From assembly GCA_903813345.2 (NCBI GenBank), contig CAIIXF020000001.1, positions 26,102,001 to 26,166,000 of the forward strand: DNA of 64,000 bases. Reading direction: 5' to 3'. The notes below the pieces were generated by a model. The model saw only the letters and a list, made by a program, of their open reading frames with translations. It did no database searches and had not been told where the DNA came from. Both the position numbers and the translations under genes were made by a program. Position 1 is the first letter of the stretch, and every line of letters starts with the position of its first letter. Source of the stretch: Owenia fusiformis (taxonomy: Eukaryota). Positions 1-13,400 of the stretch are shown in pieces.

Positions 1-181
1 AAAAGGCCCCATGAAAAGTTTTATCCACTTAAATAATATTTAATTTACATGGAGCCATCAATGACAAGTCTGTTAAGCACACTCTTTTGGCCAAGTTTTG
101 GGGTCTTGGCAACATCATTTGAGAATCCAATTAAATGTCACATATCATATAATGAGAAATAGCCAATAGTTTGATATCTTA

Positions 182-373
<192 letters not shown>

Positions 374-1915
374 CTAATCACAAGACACTGGCTACATCTA
401 TACTATAAACTGACCCACTAAGAGACATCATTCAGGTTGTAAATGAAATGCATACTGTTTCTGAGAAGACTACGGATAATGAAAACAGTCGCTAATATTA
501 TTCCCTGGGGGGTCCACTGTATATAAATTATGGCAGGGTCCTAGGCTGAATCCTCAGTTATCAATATGTCCCTATACCAATCTGTCAAATTTCAACGTGT
601 TCCCATACCAACCAAAATAATGCCCAAAAGCCATACTAAATATCCAAATATAGGACTAATGCCATACCAAATTTCCAGATATAAGACCAAGCCATACCAA
701 ATGTCTTAATTAATATAGGACCAATACCATACCAAATGTCCAAATTAGAAAAAAGCTAATATTCAAACTGAAGAATGCCTTGAGAAGAAGGCAAATCTAT
801 GCAGAAAAGGATCAAAAACAACCTCAAATTAAGAATATGTGTAACTATTAGACCAATACCATACCACAATTGTGAGGTAACATATTTTCCAAGAGAATTC
901 TCATACCAGAAAGTGGAAAATCTGGCCATTGCCATACCTCAAGTCAAAATTTGGAGGGCATTCTATAACCAGATCCTAAAATTTGGGTTGACTGCCATAC
1001 CAAATGTCCAAAAAGGTACCCCATGTGCGCCGAAGATCCCCGTCAAGGTTTATATATAGTGAACCCCCTGGGTAGCCAGTCTTTAATCTGTGTTGTCTTG
1101 TTGGCCAGACAGGCTTAATTTCCATGCAGATCTTGGTAATGGTTATTTTCTTAGGAAGAAGAGTAACCTCATTGCCCTGTATCATTTTTAGTCAATTCAG
1201 GAGTAGCGTCTCCTCATGTGGGTAAGATGTACAATGCCCTATCCATGATTATCAGGCCCATAGGCGTAGCCAACCCCCTGGCCAAAAAATCTTTCAAAAT
1301 CATGGAATTTTTCACCATTCTGAGAACTTTTCAAGTGATTCTGGCTTATCCCGTGTCAGGACTATAGTCCTGGAATGAGCCCAATCTTTTGCCTGTACGA
1401 TTACAACTTGGGAGAATTATCTACGCCCCTTACACTTTAGATACCTACTTCAATAGATTCCTTGGTATTTTAGCATTCTTTTCGTGTAGTTGAATCCAAA
1501 ATTGTCTGGGTTTATCGGCAGAACGAACGAATTTTTGTTACAGGTGTGAACCCCTCTTGGATTTTCAGGCCCATTTTTAAAAGTGAATCCTGTTTTAAAC
1601 GCTGGCTTTCAAGGGAGGTGTAGTGTAACAAGCCAGATACTAAGTTTACACAAAGCTATCTCCTGAGAGATCTATCTAAAGATGGCTATGTGCAAATATA
1701 GTAAATACTGGTCATGAAAGGGTGTGTTAAGTGTAAAAGTGATCTAAATGTAAAGAACATTCGATTTCGGAAACTCAGCAATTTTTGAGATCAAGTCAAG
1801 ATTCATGCAAACTCTGAAAAAATAATCATATAACATTGATTGACGTTTCCTGGACAATCGAATGATATGAATCAGGAAACTTGTATTTTCTAGAAGCCTA
1901 AAAATTTTATCTTAC

Positions 1916-2100
1916 CCTTCGACGTACTTTAAGACGAACAATCAAGAGTAACGTCCCTTTTACGATCGATTAAAATAAAATCTGAAAATTTCTGAACTTT
2001 TATACTAAGAAGATTACGTTCAGAAGTCATCTGTGATTGGTCAATAAACCGGAACTCTAAAGTTTTACCGCGAGATTTGAAAATGATTGATGGTCAGATA
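1916..2100 (-). promoter_or_regulatory. LZIC: Probable LZIC promoter and non-coding first exon
   Basis: Minus-strand donor (AAGG|GTAAGA) at 1915. CpG-richer patch with CCAAT box (GATTGG), ETS motif CCGGAA and a CGCG..TTTGAA CDE/CHR-like motif. Confidence 0.5.
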
Positions 2101-2932
2101 GTCGAGTATTCTATATTATATAGCCCTCTTTAGTCTACAACCATTCCCAAGTCTCAGTTCGTAACACCCGTAAATGTGACATATTTTGGATGTCAGCCAT
2201 TGGGAATAATCCATTCTTATAGGCCCATGATTGGAATAAAGTTTAGCCCTGTGTTTAGATTACATTTGTAGGCCTACAACTAGAGTTTACTCCCATATTT
2301 CCCTAAATATAAAATAGTAGAGTCTAACTTATGTTTTGGGGTACAAAACTGATATTTTAGAGTATGACTAAACACTTAATTTGCAGATTATATGATCTAA
2401 ATGGCCCCTGCCCGGGATTACAAATATATCTGGAGATTCTCACATGGAAACCCTGGGCTTATCTATGGATCACAGTCTATGGATTCTTAAAAAAAATATT
2501 GAGTGTCATAAACCATACTTGTTTTTGGTCTCATACTTTACATAATTGTGTTTTATACTGATAGAGCCCCCATGTAAAATTTGGGTACAAATATTGAAAT
2601 AAGATACATTTTCCCTCTTCATGAATACACTGTAGCTATGGGTTTCTTCAAAAAGCAAGCTGTTACAATAAAGCACCCACTGACCATATTCTTGGTGGGC
2701 CTAATGAATCTCCCTTTGATCAATCCATCCATCTGTCCAGCAACAATTTTGGGACGAAGTTTCTTTCTAAACTTATGCTCACATCCATTTTATGGGGGTG
2801 CATACTGCTCAGATGAAAATAATGATATATTATGTGGTTTATATGTGACACCTGGATTTCCATGGCGAAACATGTATGTTAGAAGTATGAAGAATTTTAT
2901 TCTTTATATTTCTGACTAATTGTGTTCTACTT

Positions 2933-3238
2933 GGTTTAACCTAAGGTGGTTCGCGGTGATTCAGGTCAGCACCGAAAAAATCAAATGACCTACTTAAAAT
3001 GTGAACATTTTATTTTTGAACGCATTTTGATGGCTGATATAAAAACTCTGATGCTAAAATACCTTGGCATGATTGATTAAAATGTTGGCCACACACAACA
3101 TACTGTTCATAATGATCTAGAAATGACATTGATGACATTGACAGTTGACTGAGGAGCAATATTCATATTTCAATTTGGTCATTTTGAAACTTATTTCGTG
3201 CAGACCTGATCCACCATGAACCACCTTTGGCTCAACCC
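2933..3238. mobile_element. Small MITE-like element
   Basis: Imperfect ~45-bp inverted termini (ggtttaacctaaggtggttc...gaaccacctttggctcaacc). Confidence 0.45.
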
Positions 3239-4398
3239 AGCACCACCTTCCTGTTTGAGCAGTACATCAGTTTAATACTCAAGAATGTACAGTAGAAATA
3301 TTAGTAAGAATTATGAAATAATAAAAAGGTCGTAATAAAAAAGGCAGGGCATTTTTATCAGTACTTATTGAACGCCCTATAATATTTGGGACTTAATGGT
3401 CAAATATTGGCATAATTGATTATCACGTATATAACTTGTGAACGAATGTTTGGAAGTCACCATTAAACAATTTGCTAGATTTATGGTCACCATTTGTAAT
3501 GGATATAAAGAGAAAAGCTGCTGAGCTAAGTTGCTTCAATAAGTCCAAAAAGAACAAATTGTTATATGATATACAACACAAGGATTGATGTTTGATGGGA
3601 GACAATTATTAAAGATGTACAGGTGTGCACATTCATCAATTTTTCCAATCTAAAATAAATAGTCTTTAAAGTTCCTATGGGGATGCTAATGGGTTGAGTT
3701 GTTTAGAGCCTTAACAGCACACAAATAAAAAAATTAAGATATTTCTTAGAATAAACCCATTTATTTTATTAATTGCAAATATAGAAAATCTTTCAATGGT
3801 AGGATAAATCTATATTTACCATTATTTCACGTCTTCTTATAGTCATACATTAACAAAACTATTCTATACATATTTCTTATATCTATATTACAACATTTTT
3901 ATACAAAATATAATACCAAGTTGTAACTTAGTAACAACATCCAAGCTGAGCGTTTATGAATATGAACCTCCTAAATAAACAATTTGAAGGAAAAAAATCA
4001 TTAGGCAATTTGAAAAAAAGAATAGTGCAGTATATGTAAGATTACAGACATGACAGATGCATTGTATAGTTAATGACAAAAACTAATGATAATAAGTAAT
4101 GAAGTAAGGAACATAATTCTCTGATCTTGAGATCACCAGTGAAGATTTCTTAGATTTAAAAAACACTTTATCCATCATATTCAAGTGTAACAAACATTTA
4201 TCCTTAAAAAAACATGTCTCATGTAATGATAAAATGAGCAGGGTGATTGGCCAAAAACACATAAATATGACCAATTGGCCTACATGCTGACATAATCAGC
4301 CTTAGTCAGTCACTGAATATTGTCCATTAGATGATTACTAGTATGTCAGAGATACTACATACTATGAAGATCTTTCTGTATATGTTAAGCATTGTGAA

Positions 4399-4483
4399 TC
4401 AGTCCGTGTCTGTAGATCGATAATGGTCATCATCTATAGTAGAGAATATATGACCCTCACCACTCAGGAACTCAACAGAATCC
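4399..4483 (-). CDS. RPA2: RPA2 last coding exon (winged-helix C-terminus)
   Basis: [29 protein letters not shown] acceptor at 4484-4485. Confidence 0.95.
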
Positions 4484-7400
4484 CTGGAAATGTACAAGCA
4501 ACATTATACAATACTTGTAAGTTGCAACTCGTAATGTTATTCTTCGACAGACATTTTATACAATTTTTAAGGATAAATTCATTAACTGGGCAAACAATTA
4601 TCTTCTAGCTTTGACTTCCTACAGACTGACAGAGAGTGAGCTGTCCTTACCTAATAGCTTTTTCAGGTAGACCTCTTAGTTGTTGCATTATGTTTTGTAT
4701 GCTGATACCTGCCTCATCACTGGCTGACCCTCTTATAATCGTTAGTACCTGAAGTATAACATAACAATTGCTTATTACTGTTATGTATAGTGATGTAAAC
4801 CGTGTCTGCTTTTCAAGTTGTTTTGCAAGGAGAGGTAACTGACTAAATCTCTGCAAAAATTGAAGTTGTTTTAGCAAAATATGCACTGAACAAAATAGAA
4901 CAAAATTACAATGAGTTAAATTACATGTACCATGGAAATTTAAGTATACTAGTATTTAATTTCATGATTTTGGCAGATACAACTAGAAAACAGCAACTCC
5001 ACGGAATAGCAAATCCCATTGAACAAAACTTTTATTAGATACACAGTCATTATCCTCATTATCTCAGAAGAACTCAAGTTGATTGAGTCTCAACAAGTAG
5101 ACTCATGTGGGAGAGTATTGGTAGAATCCATTTTCAATAGTAAGAATGGGGATTTTAAAACAGGACATTAAACAGTTTAACCAGATTAACTAGGGCATTT
5201 TTGAAAATTTGGTTAGCTCTATATGACATTTTGAAAACATTGGGTACGGCTACAATTTAAGTTTGAGTGGTTTAAACTTTTTTGGGGGCTTTTAAAGAAT
5301 GATGAACATTTTTTTACCTGTTGTTGAACATTAGACATACTGTTGTCAGTCATGGCCCCTGCATATGTGTTTTTAGCTGGTGTAGCGTTTGTCTCATGGT
5401 GGCCATTTGTTTGGTTTGCAGACTGGATTATAAAACAGAAAATTCATCAATTGGAATTCAATTGAAGTTACAGTAATAATATCTAGGAGGTAAAGATACT
5501 TTTAATTGTTTTGATTGTCAGGTTACTGAGTTTAAAAAATCAACCAGAAGTCTTTGTTTTGAAATCACAATTGAGACTTTTACACAAATACTGAGCAGAA
5601 CATAAAACAAGAAAGACTGTTCATGTGATGAAGACCATTTATCATTTTTTTTAAATAAGTCATATACAGTTAAGAATAGGGTTGTGTCAACCTTACATAG
5701 GTACTCCCAATGCCTTTTACTTTACCCCATGGGTGAATGGATTTATTTATATTGTTGGGTTTTTCTAAGTCATGCTAGGTTTCAATTCTTACCTAAAGAT
5801 GGCAGCATAGCTGTCCATCAAGACTTAACAAAATCAGTGAAGCCAAAAGCCACAACTCTGTTCTTTTCACTCATCATATAGGCAACACTTAGTCATTTCT
5901 CATAACCAGACTAGCTGGACTCTGTTATTTTCACGAACCTGTATCTCAATACTTAAACATTTTACATCCAACCAAAGGCGCTGGACTCTGTCATTTTGCA
6001 GCAACAGTGGTTCATGACTTAGGCAATTTTATTCATTCATACAGTTGGACTTAAGCATTTTCAGTGACATTTCAGTAAGAACTTAGAATAATTTGGTCAT
6101 TAAGTTTCATTGGCACTTTGCCAAATTGGTCATTGGCAGGTTGCCAATCGTGGTTTGGCAACATGCCAATATTGGGACTATATAAGAGGCTTCGAAACCT
6201 CACCCTGGCAGTTACGAGTAGTTCTTTAGGAGTTATGATCTGCAGTTATGATCTGGAGTTATGATCTGGAGTTATGATCTGGAGTTACGATCCAGAGTTA
6301 CGATCCAGAGTTATGATCTGCAGTTATGATCTGGGAGTTATGATCTGGAGTTATGATCTGGAGTGACGATCCGGAGTTACGATTTGGGTCTCTTAGTCAG
6401 TACAGTAGCTCAGTAGTATATAACTTGTAAATAGATAGTGTAGTTTGACTCTTTATAATAAAGTATCGTATGTTACTCTGAACTCTGAAGTTTGTCGTAT
6501 CATATTGGCGTCATCGTTTCGTAGAGACCCAACACTGGTGAGCAGCGATGGGATATGAACTTATACACGCTTATAGCGCTACCAACAATTAAGAGACTTT
6601 AAGATGGCGCCAAGAAAATATAAAGATAAACCAGCTAAACGGAGACATGATCGTTACCAAAACTTGCAGAACATTTGCAGATTTGCACAACATTTATTCT
6701 CTCATTAGAGAGTGGTGGCAGCAAACTTTTTATATTATGATTAGTGACATTTAATTTTGGAATGCAGTATTGAACTTAGGATGTCAGCACGGGGTACCAT
6801 GATGTCACGTCGGGGTAAAATTCTCAACATGCAGGATCAGCTGTACTCAGCTTCACATTGTTTGAGGGACTTTGTTCATACTGAACTTTTGCGAAGAAAG
6901 CAGTGCCATTATGAAGCCATTTTGGGATGGGTCGCAGTTATACTCATTCTAATTACCTTGTTAATGGTTCATTTGTTTATTGATGTACAGGATCCCATAC
7001 CTGTCATCTTGGACAAATTCAGTCAGGTGTTATATTTGTGTTATTGGAGTATGTCTATGATGCGTCCGGACATACGTAGGATCAGAGAGACACTAGAGAT
7101 TCAGAGATCAGAGATTGATCGAATCTTCAGTTTTATATGCGGAGATCAGAGATTGATCGAAACTTCAGTTTTATATTTAGAGATCAAAGATTGATCGAAT
7201 CTTCAGTTTTATATGCAGAGATCAGATATTGATCGAAACTTCAGTTTTATATTCAGAGATCAGAGACTGACCAGTTCTTAATTCAGAGAGACATTTTCAT
7301 GGGATCCAGGATACTGCTAAAATGCCTTTTGACTATTATTTGGTGATCAAGACACAGTGTGAACTATAATACAATATCGAGAACTAATAAGACTGGTCGT

Positions 7401-10400
7401 TAGCCTACATTCAGCACTCAGTGACAGATCAACAAGACAGAGATATCCTTCATTGTAAAGTTGTGAAACCAGGCCAGTCTTCAGTACACATTGTACCAGC
7501 TAATTCACTTCCCATCATCAGGAGTCCAGTGCAGTGCAGATATCAAGATGATCAAAGGAGGAATTTTGATTTGTGAATTTGAAAACCTTATATTATTTTG
7601 GCTGTGTGTGGTTATTGAATGCCTACATCATTGTCATTGATTCAGTGTGTTGAACATGACAAATGGTCTTCCTTTTAACTTACTAAAGTTGAAAGAAACC
7701 ACAATATTAAAGATAAACATAGCATATAATATTATGTTATATGTCAGTGGACTGTGAAACTAAAAGGAAGTGTGTGGGTGAAAGATTGCCCAATATTATT
7801 GACTCATAACATGAATTATCTAGTTCTTTATCAGAATGTTATAGAAATATTTGCATTGCTGAATGATTTTGAAGAAGTGATCAGGTTCAATAAACATTGC
7901 ACTTGACACTGAACACTTTGATTTTCATGCCTTCATTGAAGTGCAACAGACTGTAATATTAAAACATTTAAAATAACTTTATGAACTTTTGAGGCTGATA
8001 GTGTTTTTAATTATTCTGAAATTAAGAGTGCTTTAAAAGTGGAACTTGCTTTTGAGTCTTCGTAACATTCTGATGGTTTTGATATGATTTGATACAAAGT
8101 TTCAGTCAGTTGAAAGTTTACTCATCAATTTAGTTAGGTAAAAAAATGTGGCATAACAGTTCTATTATTTGGTGATGTCATTTTTGTTCATAACAGGTTT
8201 GGTCTTCGACACAATTGTCTCATAATTGACCTTTGTTATTTTATCTTGGCTTAACAGTAATGGTTTCATTATATAGTTGATGAACATTGGCTACTCTTGT
8301 TTTTATATTTTTTTTGATTACGGTTTAAAAGGGGTTGTCAATATGCTGATATCATTTTAACAAGGTTAATTTGAAACTTGTTGTGACCAGGAGGTCACAA
8401 AGCTAGTGGGGAGTAGTGTTGGGTTTTTCTAAGTCATGCTAGGTTTCAATTCTTACCTAAAGATGGCAGCATAGCTGTCCATCAAGACTTAACAAAATCA
8501 GTGAAGCCAAAAGCCACAACTCTGTTCTTTTCACTCATCATATAGGCAACACTTAGTCATTTCTCATAACCAGACTAGCTGGACTCTGTTATTTTCACGA
8601 ACCTGTATCTCAATACTTAAACATTTTACATCCAACCAAAGGCGCTGGACTCTGTCATTTTGCAGCAACAGTGGTTCATGACTTAGGCAATTTTATTCAT
8701 TCATACAGTTGGACTTAAGCATTTTCAGTGACATTTCAGTAAGAACTTAGAATAATTTGGTCATTAAGTTTCATTGGCACTTTGCCAAATTGGTCATTGG
8801 CAGGTTGCCAATCGTGGTTTGGCAACATGCCAATATTGGGACTATATAAGAGGCTTCGAAACCTCACCCTGGCAGTTACGAGTAGTTCTTTAGGAGTTAT
8901 GATCTGCAGTTATGATCTGGAGTTATGATCTGGAGTTATGATCTGGAGTTACGATCCAGAGTTACGATCCAGAGTTACGATCCAGAGTTATGATCTGCAG
9001 TTATGATCTGGGAGTTATGATCTGGAGTTATGATCTGGAGTGACGATCCGGAGTTACGATTTGGGTCTCTTAGTCAGTACAGTAGCTCAGTAGTATATAA
9101 CTTGTAAATAGATAGTGTAGTTTGACTCTTTATAATAAAGTATCGTATGTTACTCTGAACTCTGAAGTTTGTCGTATCATATTGGCGTCATCGTTTCGTA
9201 GAGACCCAACAATATTTAGGCATAATCTTTGGAATCAACTTCCCCATTGAGGGACTGTAACTAAATAGTCCACTTTACTCATATTGTGACAGATTATGAA
9301 AACCCACATCTACAGTACTTAAGAAGTAGCCAATGTGTTACGCTACAGATGTACTTACTACAGGTTGTGTTAACTCTAAATGTACTTTGATAGTCTCCAG
9401 TATGTGAGAAGTGAGCTCATTCATGTCTGTGATTGGGAGCACCTTGAAGGCAGTGATGTTCTGCTTGCCTTGGAATGATCGCAGATTGCCATATACTCTG
9501 ACGTATGTGTTCTCCATCATGGGGCTCACTCTCTCCTCCTCTGGTACACTTTCCTGTAGAACAAGCAGTACAAATTAAAACAAGGCATTAACTTGCAAAA
9601 TGTCACCACCTGTCATTTGTTACAGATGCCGAATGCCGACAAACAACCAACAATGCCAAACACAGAAACAAAAAAGTTGGAGACTATGAAACTATGTCCC
9701 CAATTGTCATGGTGACATAAAAATGATTTAAACTGCAATTGCAATTTTGTTATAAACTAATAATTGTTTTAAAGTATCCCAAGGTAGAAGCTTAATTTGC
9801 AATATTGTAAATATGAGCTTTTTAAACCATACAAAGAGATAAACCAAAAGCTTCTTCTCATAAATAATAGCATTATATTTATAGACACAAATTTAATGTG
9901 TGGTTTTATTTCCCAGCCTGATAGGATGTGAGGGTTGCCTGAGTGTTACACTAAATTATATACATATATATACTGAAATCCCTTTTTTATTTCCAAACCA
10001 CCCATTGACCTTTATTAGCCACCAACTCAAGTGATAATCTACAGAATTTAGTACAAATCATATGAGACGGTGCTTTACTGTGTTACAAATTATCCAACAT
10101 GTTTTCATTATGAGTACATCTTTCAGCACATTCCCTCTGATCCAACCATACCACACCCAAAATTAATGACATACCATGGCAAGCCAAGGAGCAACTTACA
10201 TCATTATCTACAAACTGTTTGACTTCAATAATGGGACCAGTACCATCATCCAGCCCATAGTCTATCCTGGTTGGGGCAACACTCACAGACTTCACTAGCC
10301 CTACTATGGTTACCTAATATAACAGGTTAACAAAGAACTTGTATATAACAATGAACTAACATGCAAATAACAATCAACTAACTTCTTAATATAAAACAAT

Positions 10401-13400
10401 GATAATGTTTACTGTAAAACATGATCTTTCAGATTGGATTTCTATTATCTGGAAAAATGAAACAGAAGTCAGAGAAAGTACTTGATGAAAAGACATTGCA
10501 GAATGAAATTGACTTATCTATTGTGAGTGTAATTACTGTTCATAACATGAGATAAATACACCCATAGAATTAAGATAGAATATGTAGAATAAGATCATGT
10601 TTTACAGTTTACAAAAGCAGAGTTCATAAAACAGCATATGTGTATATATTCTGTAGTCTGAGTTGCCTCACTAATAGGTAAATAGGTGATACACATCAAA
10701 TCAGCACCAGTTAATGAGCACAGATGGGTGATCTCCCAAGCATGGAAGCAACCGAGGGGGGAGCAACAGCATATGTATGCCTGCTATTGTTAAACATTTG
10801 AAAATTAATTTGCACTCACTGCACACTCGGTTAGATATCAATATGCACCCAAACACGAAAGGTAAAGTTTGACCAGTTTCACAATGTCAAAGTTGATAAA
10901 ATGTCCTGGAAACGCTGCAGACTGTTTAATGAACTCATCAATGTAATATGAAACAAAGAACTATTCAATAATATCCTGCAATATAGAAGTCAATGTTATG
11001 TCAAAGGACTTTAATCATGGACATGTAATCCAACCTTCTGGAATTTTTTTCAAATATACTTGAATTGGGTCTTGAGACTCTCTGAAAAGAGAATTTGAAA
11101 CTTAGGAAAATAACTTTACTTAGCATAAAACTCAAAGTTGTTTGGTAAACATATCAGCACAAAAGTTACCGAAGCATAGTAGCATTGAAGAAAATATTGC
11201 AGGATAAATAACTAATTTAAGTGTGGTAACTATGGTAACCTACTCCATCCATCCACAATTTGCAATAAATATCACCGAATGTACTGTCATTGATAGTGTA
11301 TGAGATACTTGTGTTGTCTTGTTTCACTGATGTCACAAGACCAACTAAAGTCACCTAGCGTAATGATTAATACAAAATAATTCCTTTATTTATATCCTTA
11401 AATGAGCTAGAGAGAAAATACCCCAGAATTCATGAACCTAGAGGTATATCTTTATATGGAGAGGTTAATCGATGGATTCTGAGCTATTTCCTCCATTTTT
11501 GGTGAGCAGTTGAATTTTGAATTTGAATATTTTTAATGTTTAATGTCAGAATGTCAGTCTTCCACCTGCATTTAAGCTAGTGTACATCCTATTGAAAATT
11601 CTAATATTGACAATTCATAATTTGAAGTCTTGCAACAAGTCTCTGGACACTCAGCCCATCTTATTCCCCTTTTAGAGGTGATAGGTATGTGGCTAGGGTC
11701 ACATGGGGTTGAAGCAAGACTATTAGTTTGCATTCAATTGAGAACTTTAAAAAGCATAAATTGAAATATTTTTGATTGTTCGAGAAGATTCAACATAACA
11801 TTGAACCACTTGGCATTTTAGCTTGAAAATGATCTAAACGTGAACTCTGTTTCAAATTAACCCTACCTGATGTAATTCAAAGCCATCTGCTATAAACCTG
11901 TCACCATCATGGTTAGCTGACAGTACTTGCGCTATGGTACAGGGAATGATGTTGCTTGGACGCTAAAAGGTAAATATGTTCCATCAGAGAAGACATTAAA
12001 TGATTTTAAACACGATTGTTGTGATAAACACAGAAACATTTATGACATACTGTAGATACACTTAATTTGGCTACTATTTTAATTTGACTGATTGGCGGAT
12101 TGAAAAAAATCCACCAAATTAAAAATCGCCAATTTTCAGATTTATTTTGGAAAATCAGAATTTATAATTTTCAATTATTTCACTTGAGAATTTATAATTT
12201 TCAATTATTTCACTTGAGAATTTATAATTTTCAATTATTTCACTTGTGTAAGTATTCCTATTTGGATGTCAGTACTATACCAAGACCCTGGGACCAAGAC
12301 TGGAAATAGAACACATGAATCTAAAATGTTCTTTCCAGATCTATGATAAAACTTGAGCTCAGGCTTGACTCCACCAAATTAAATAGCCGCAAATATTTGA
12401 AATTGAGCAAATCTGTCAAATTAAGTAGCGTCAAATTAAGTGTATCTACAGTAACAGTGACCCGCTATGGCTCAGTGGCAGAGTCAAGGTTACCAATATC
12501 GCTTGGCCCCGGGTTCGATTCCTGGTTCAGACAAGTTTGTTTGTGCGTTATGTAAATCTGGGTGTTTGACTGAGTGGTTCACGACTCGTATAAAAGGCTG
12601 TGGTGTGTACCTCTATGTCTGTGTACCTGTGCACACAAAATAACACAGGGCTCCTCCAAGGAGGGGTTTCTGGCTCTATCTTGAAGTGTAAAATACGTAA
12701 AAATACGGAACATACCAATGAGGTATTGCTCGCCAAATATGGCGGTAACCAATATTCAATAATAATAATATACATTCATCATCCCATAACAATACATGTA
12801 GTTCAATAGTAGTATAAGCATTCAATGATATGATTGACCCATCTTGGACTTTCAAGGTATGACGTTTTCATCAAAAATACAACTCTTAAGATGTAACATT
12901 TGGAAACAATATGCAAATTTTAAAAATAGACAAATGCTAATGCCTTGTACAGGCTAGGCAAACAAGGATGCAACCCTGGTGATGAGATTGCAAATCAAGA
13001 ACATACATTGACGTTATCCTATCTGAATATACTCACAGCTCTTTTTTCTCCTCCCTGTGATTGTGGAGAACTGAAACCTCCCCCAGCTGGAGATGCAAAT
13101 CCACCTTGCTGGTCAAAGCCCCCATCTCCTAAAAATAAAGGGAGTAGTTCATTAATGCTCACCTTGTGTAAAAACTTTCAGGTCAGTGAAATTTATGGAA
13201 AATTCATCTACACATTTATACTATAAACCACCCTAAATATTATCGTGAGTTTAGTCAAATCTAGATCCAGTCTATAAAGATTACAGTGGGGGACAAAAAT
13301 AAAACTCAACGTTCACAAGTTGTCACAATGATCTAAATTCCAAGTTTCCAATCTAAATTCCAAGTCTCAAACTCTCCCAAGTGGTAGAAAAATAATTCCC

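Larger units (their letters stand above)
5753..9211 (+). mobile_element. Non-autonomous LTR retroelement (probably Gypsy-related) in RPA2 intron 5
   Basis: LTRs 5753-6534 and 8417-9211 with TGTTGGGT...ACCCAACA termini, ATAT 4-bp TSD, PBS-like TGGTGAGCAGCG after the 5' LTR, and purine tract AGTGGGGAGTAG before the 3' LTR. The 1.9-kb interior has no recognisable gag/pol. Confidence 0.93.

Noticed and set aside
600-1020. Recurring CCATACCAAAT motif as a functional array
   Set aside because: Irregular spacing, in an LZIC intron; most simply a decayed tandem repeat or TE remnant.
6757-7194. 145-aa ORF inside the LTR element as gag/env
   Set aside because: Non-ATG start, no recognisable motif, and it runs into a tandem repeat.
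12459-12535. tRNA genes here and at about 14326-14400
   Set aside because: A/B boxes are present but there is no proper cloverleaf, and each is followed by a shared SINE body and simple-repeat tail.
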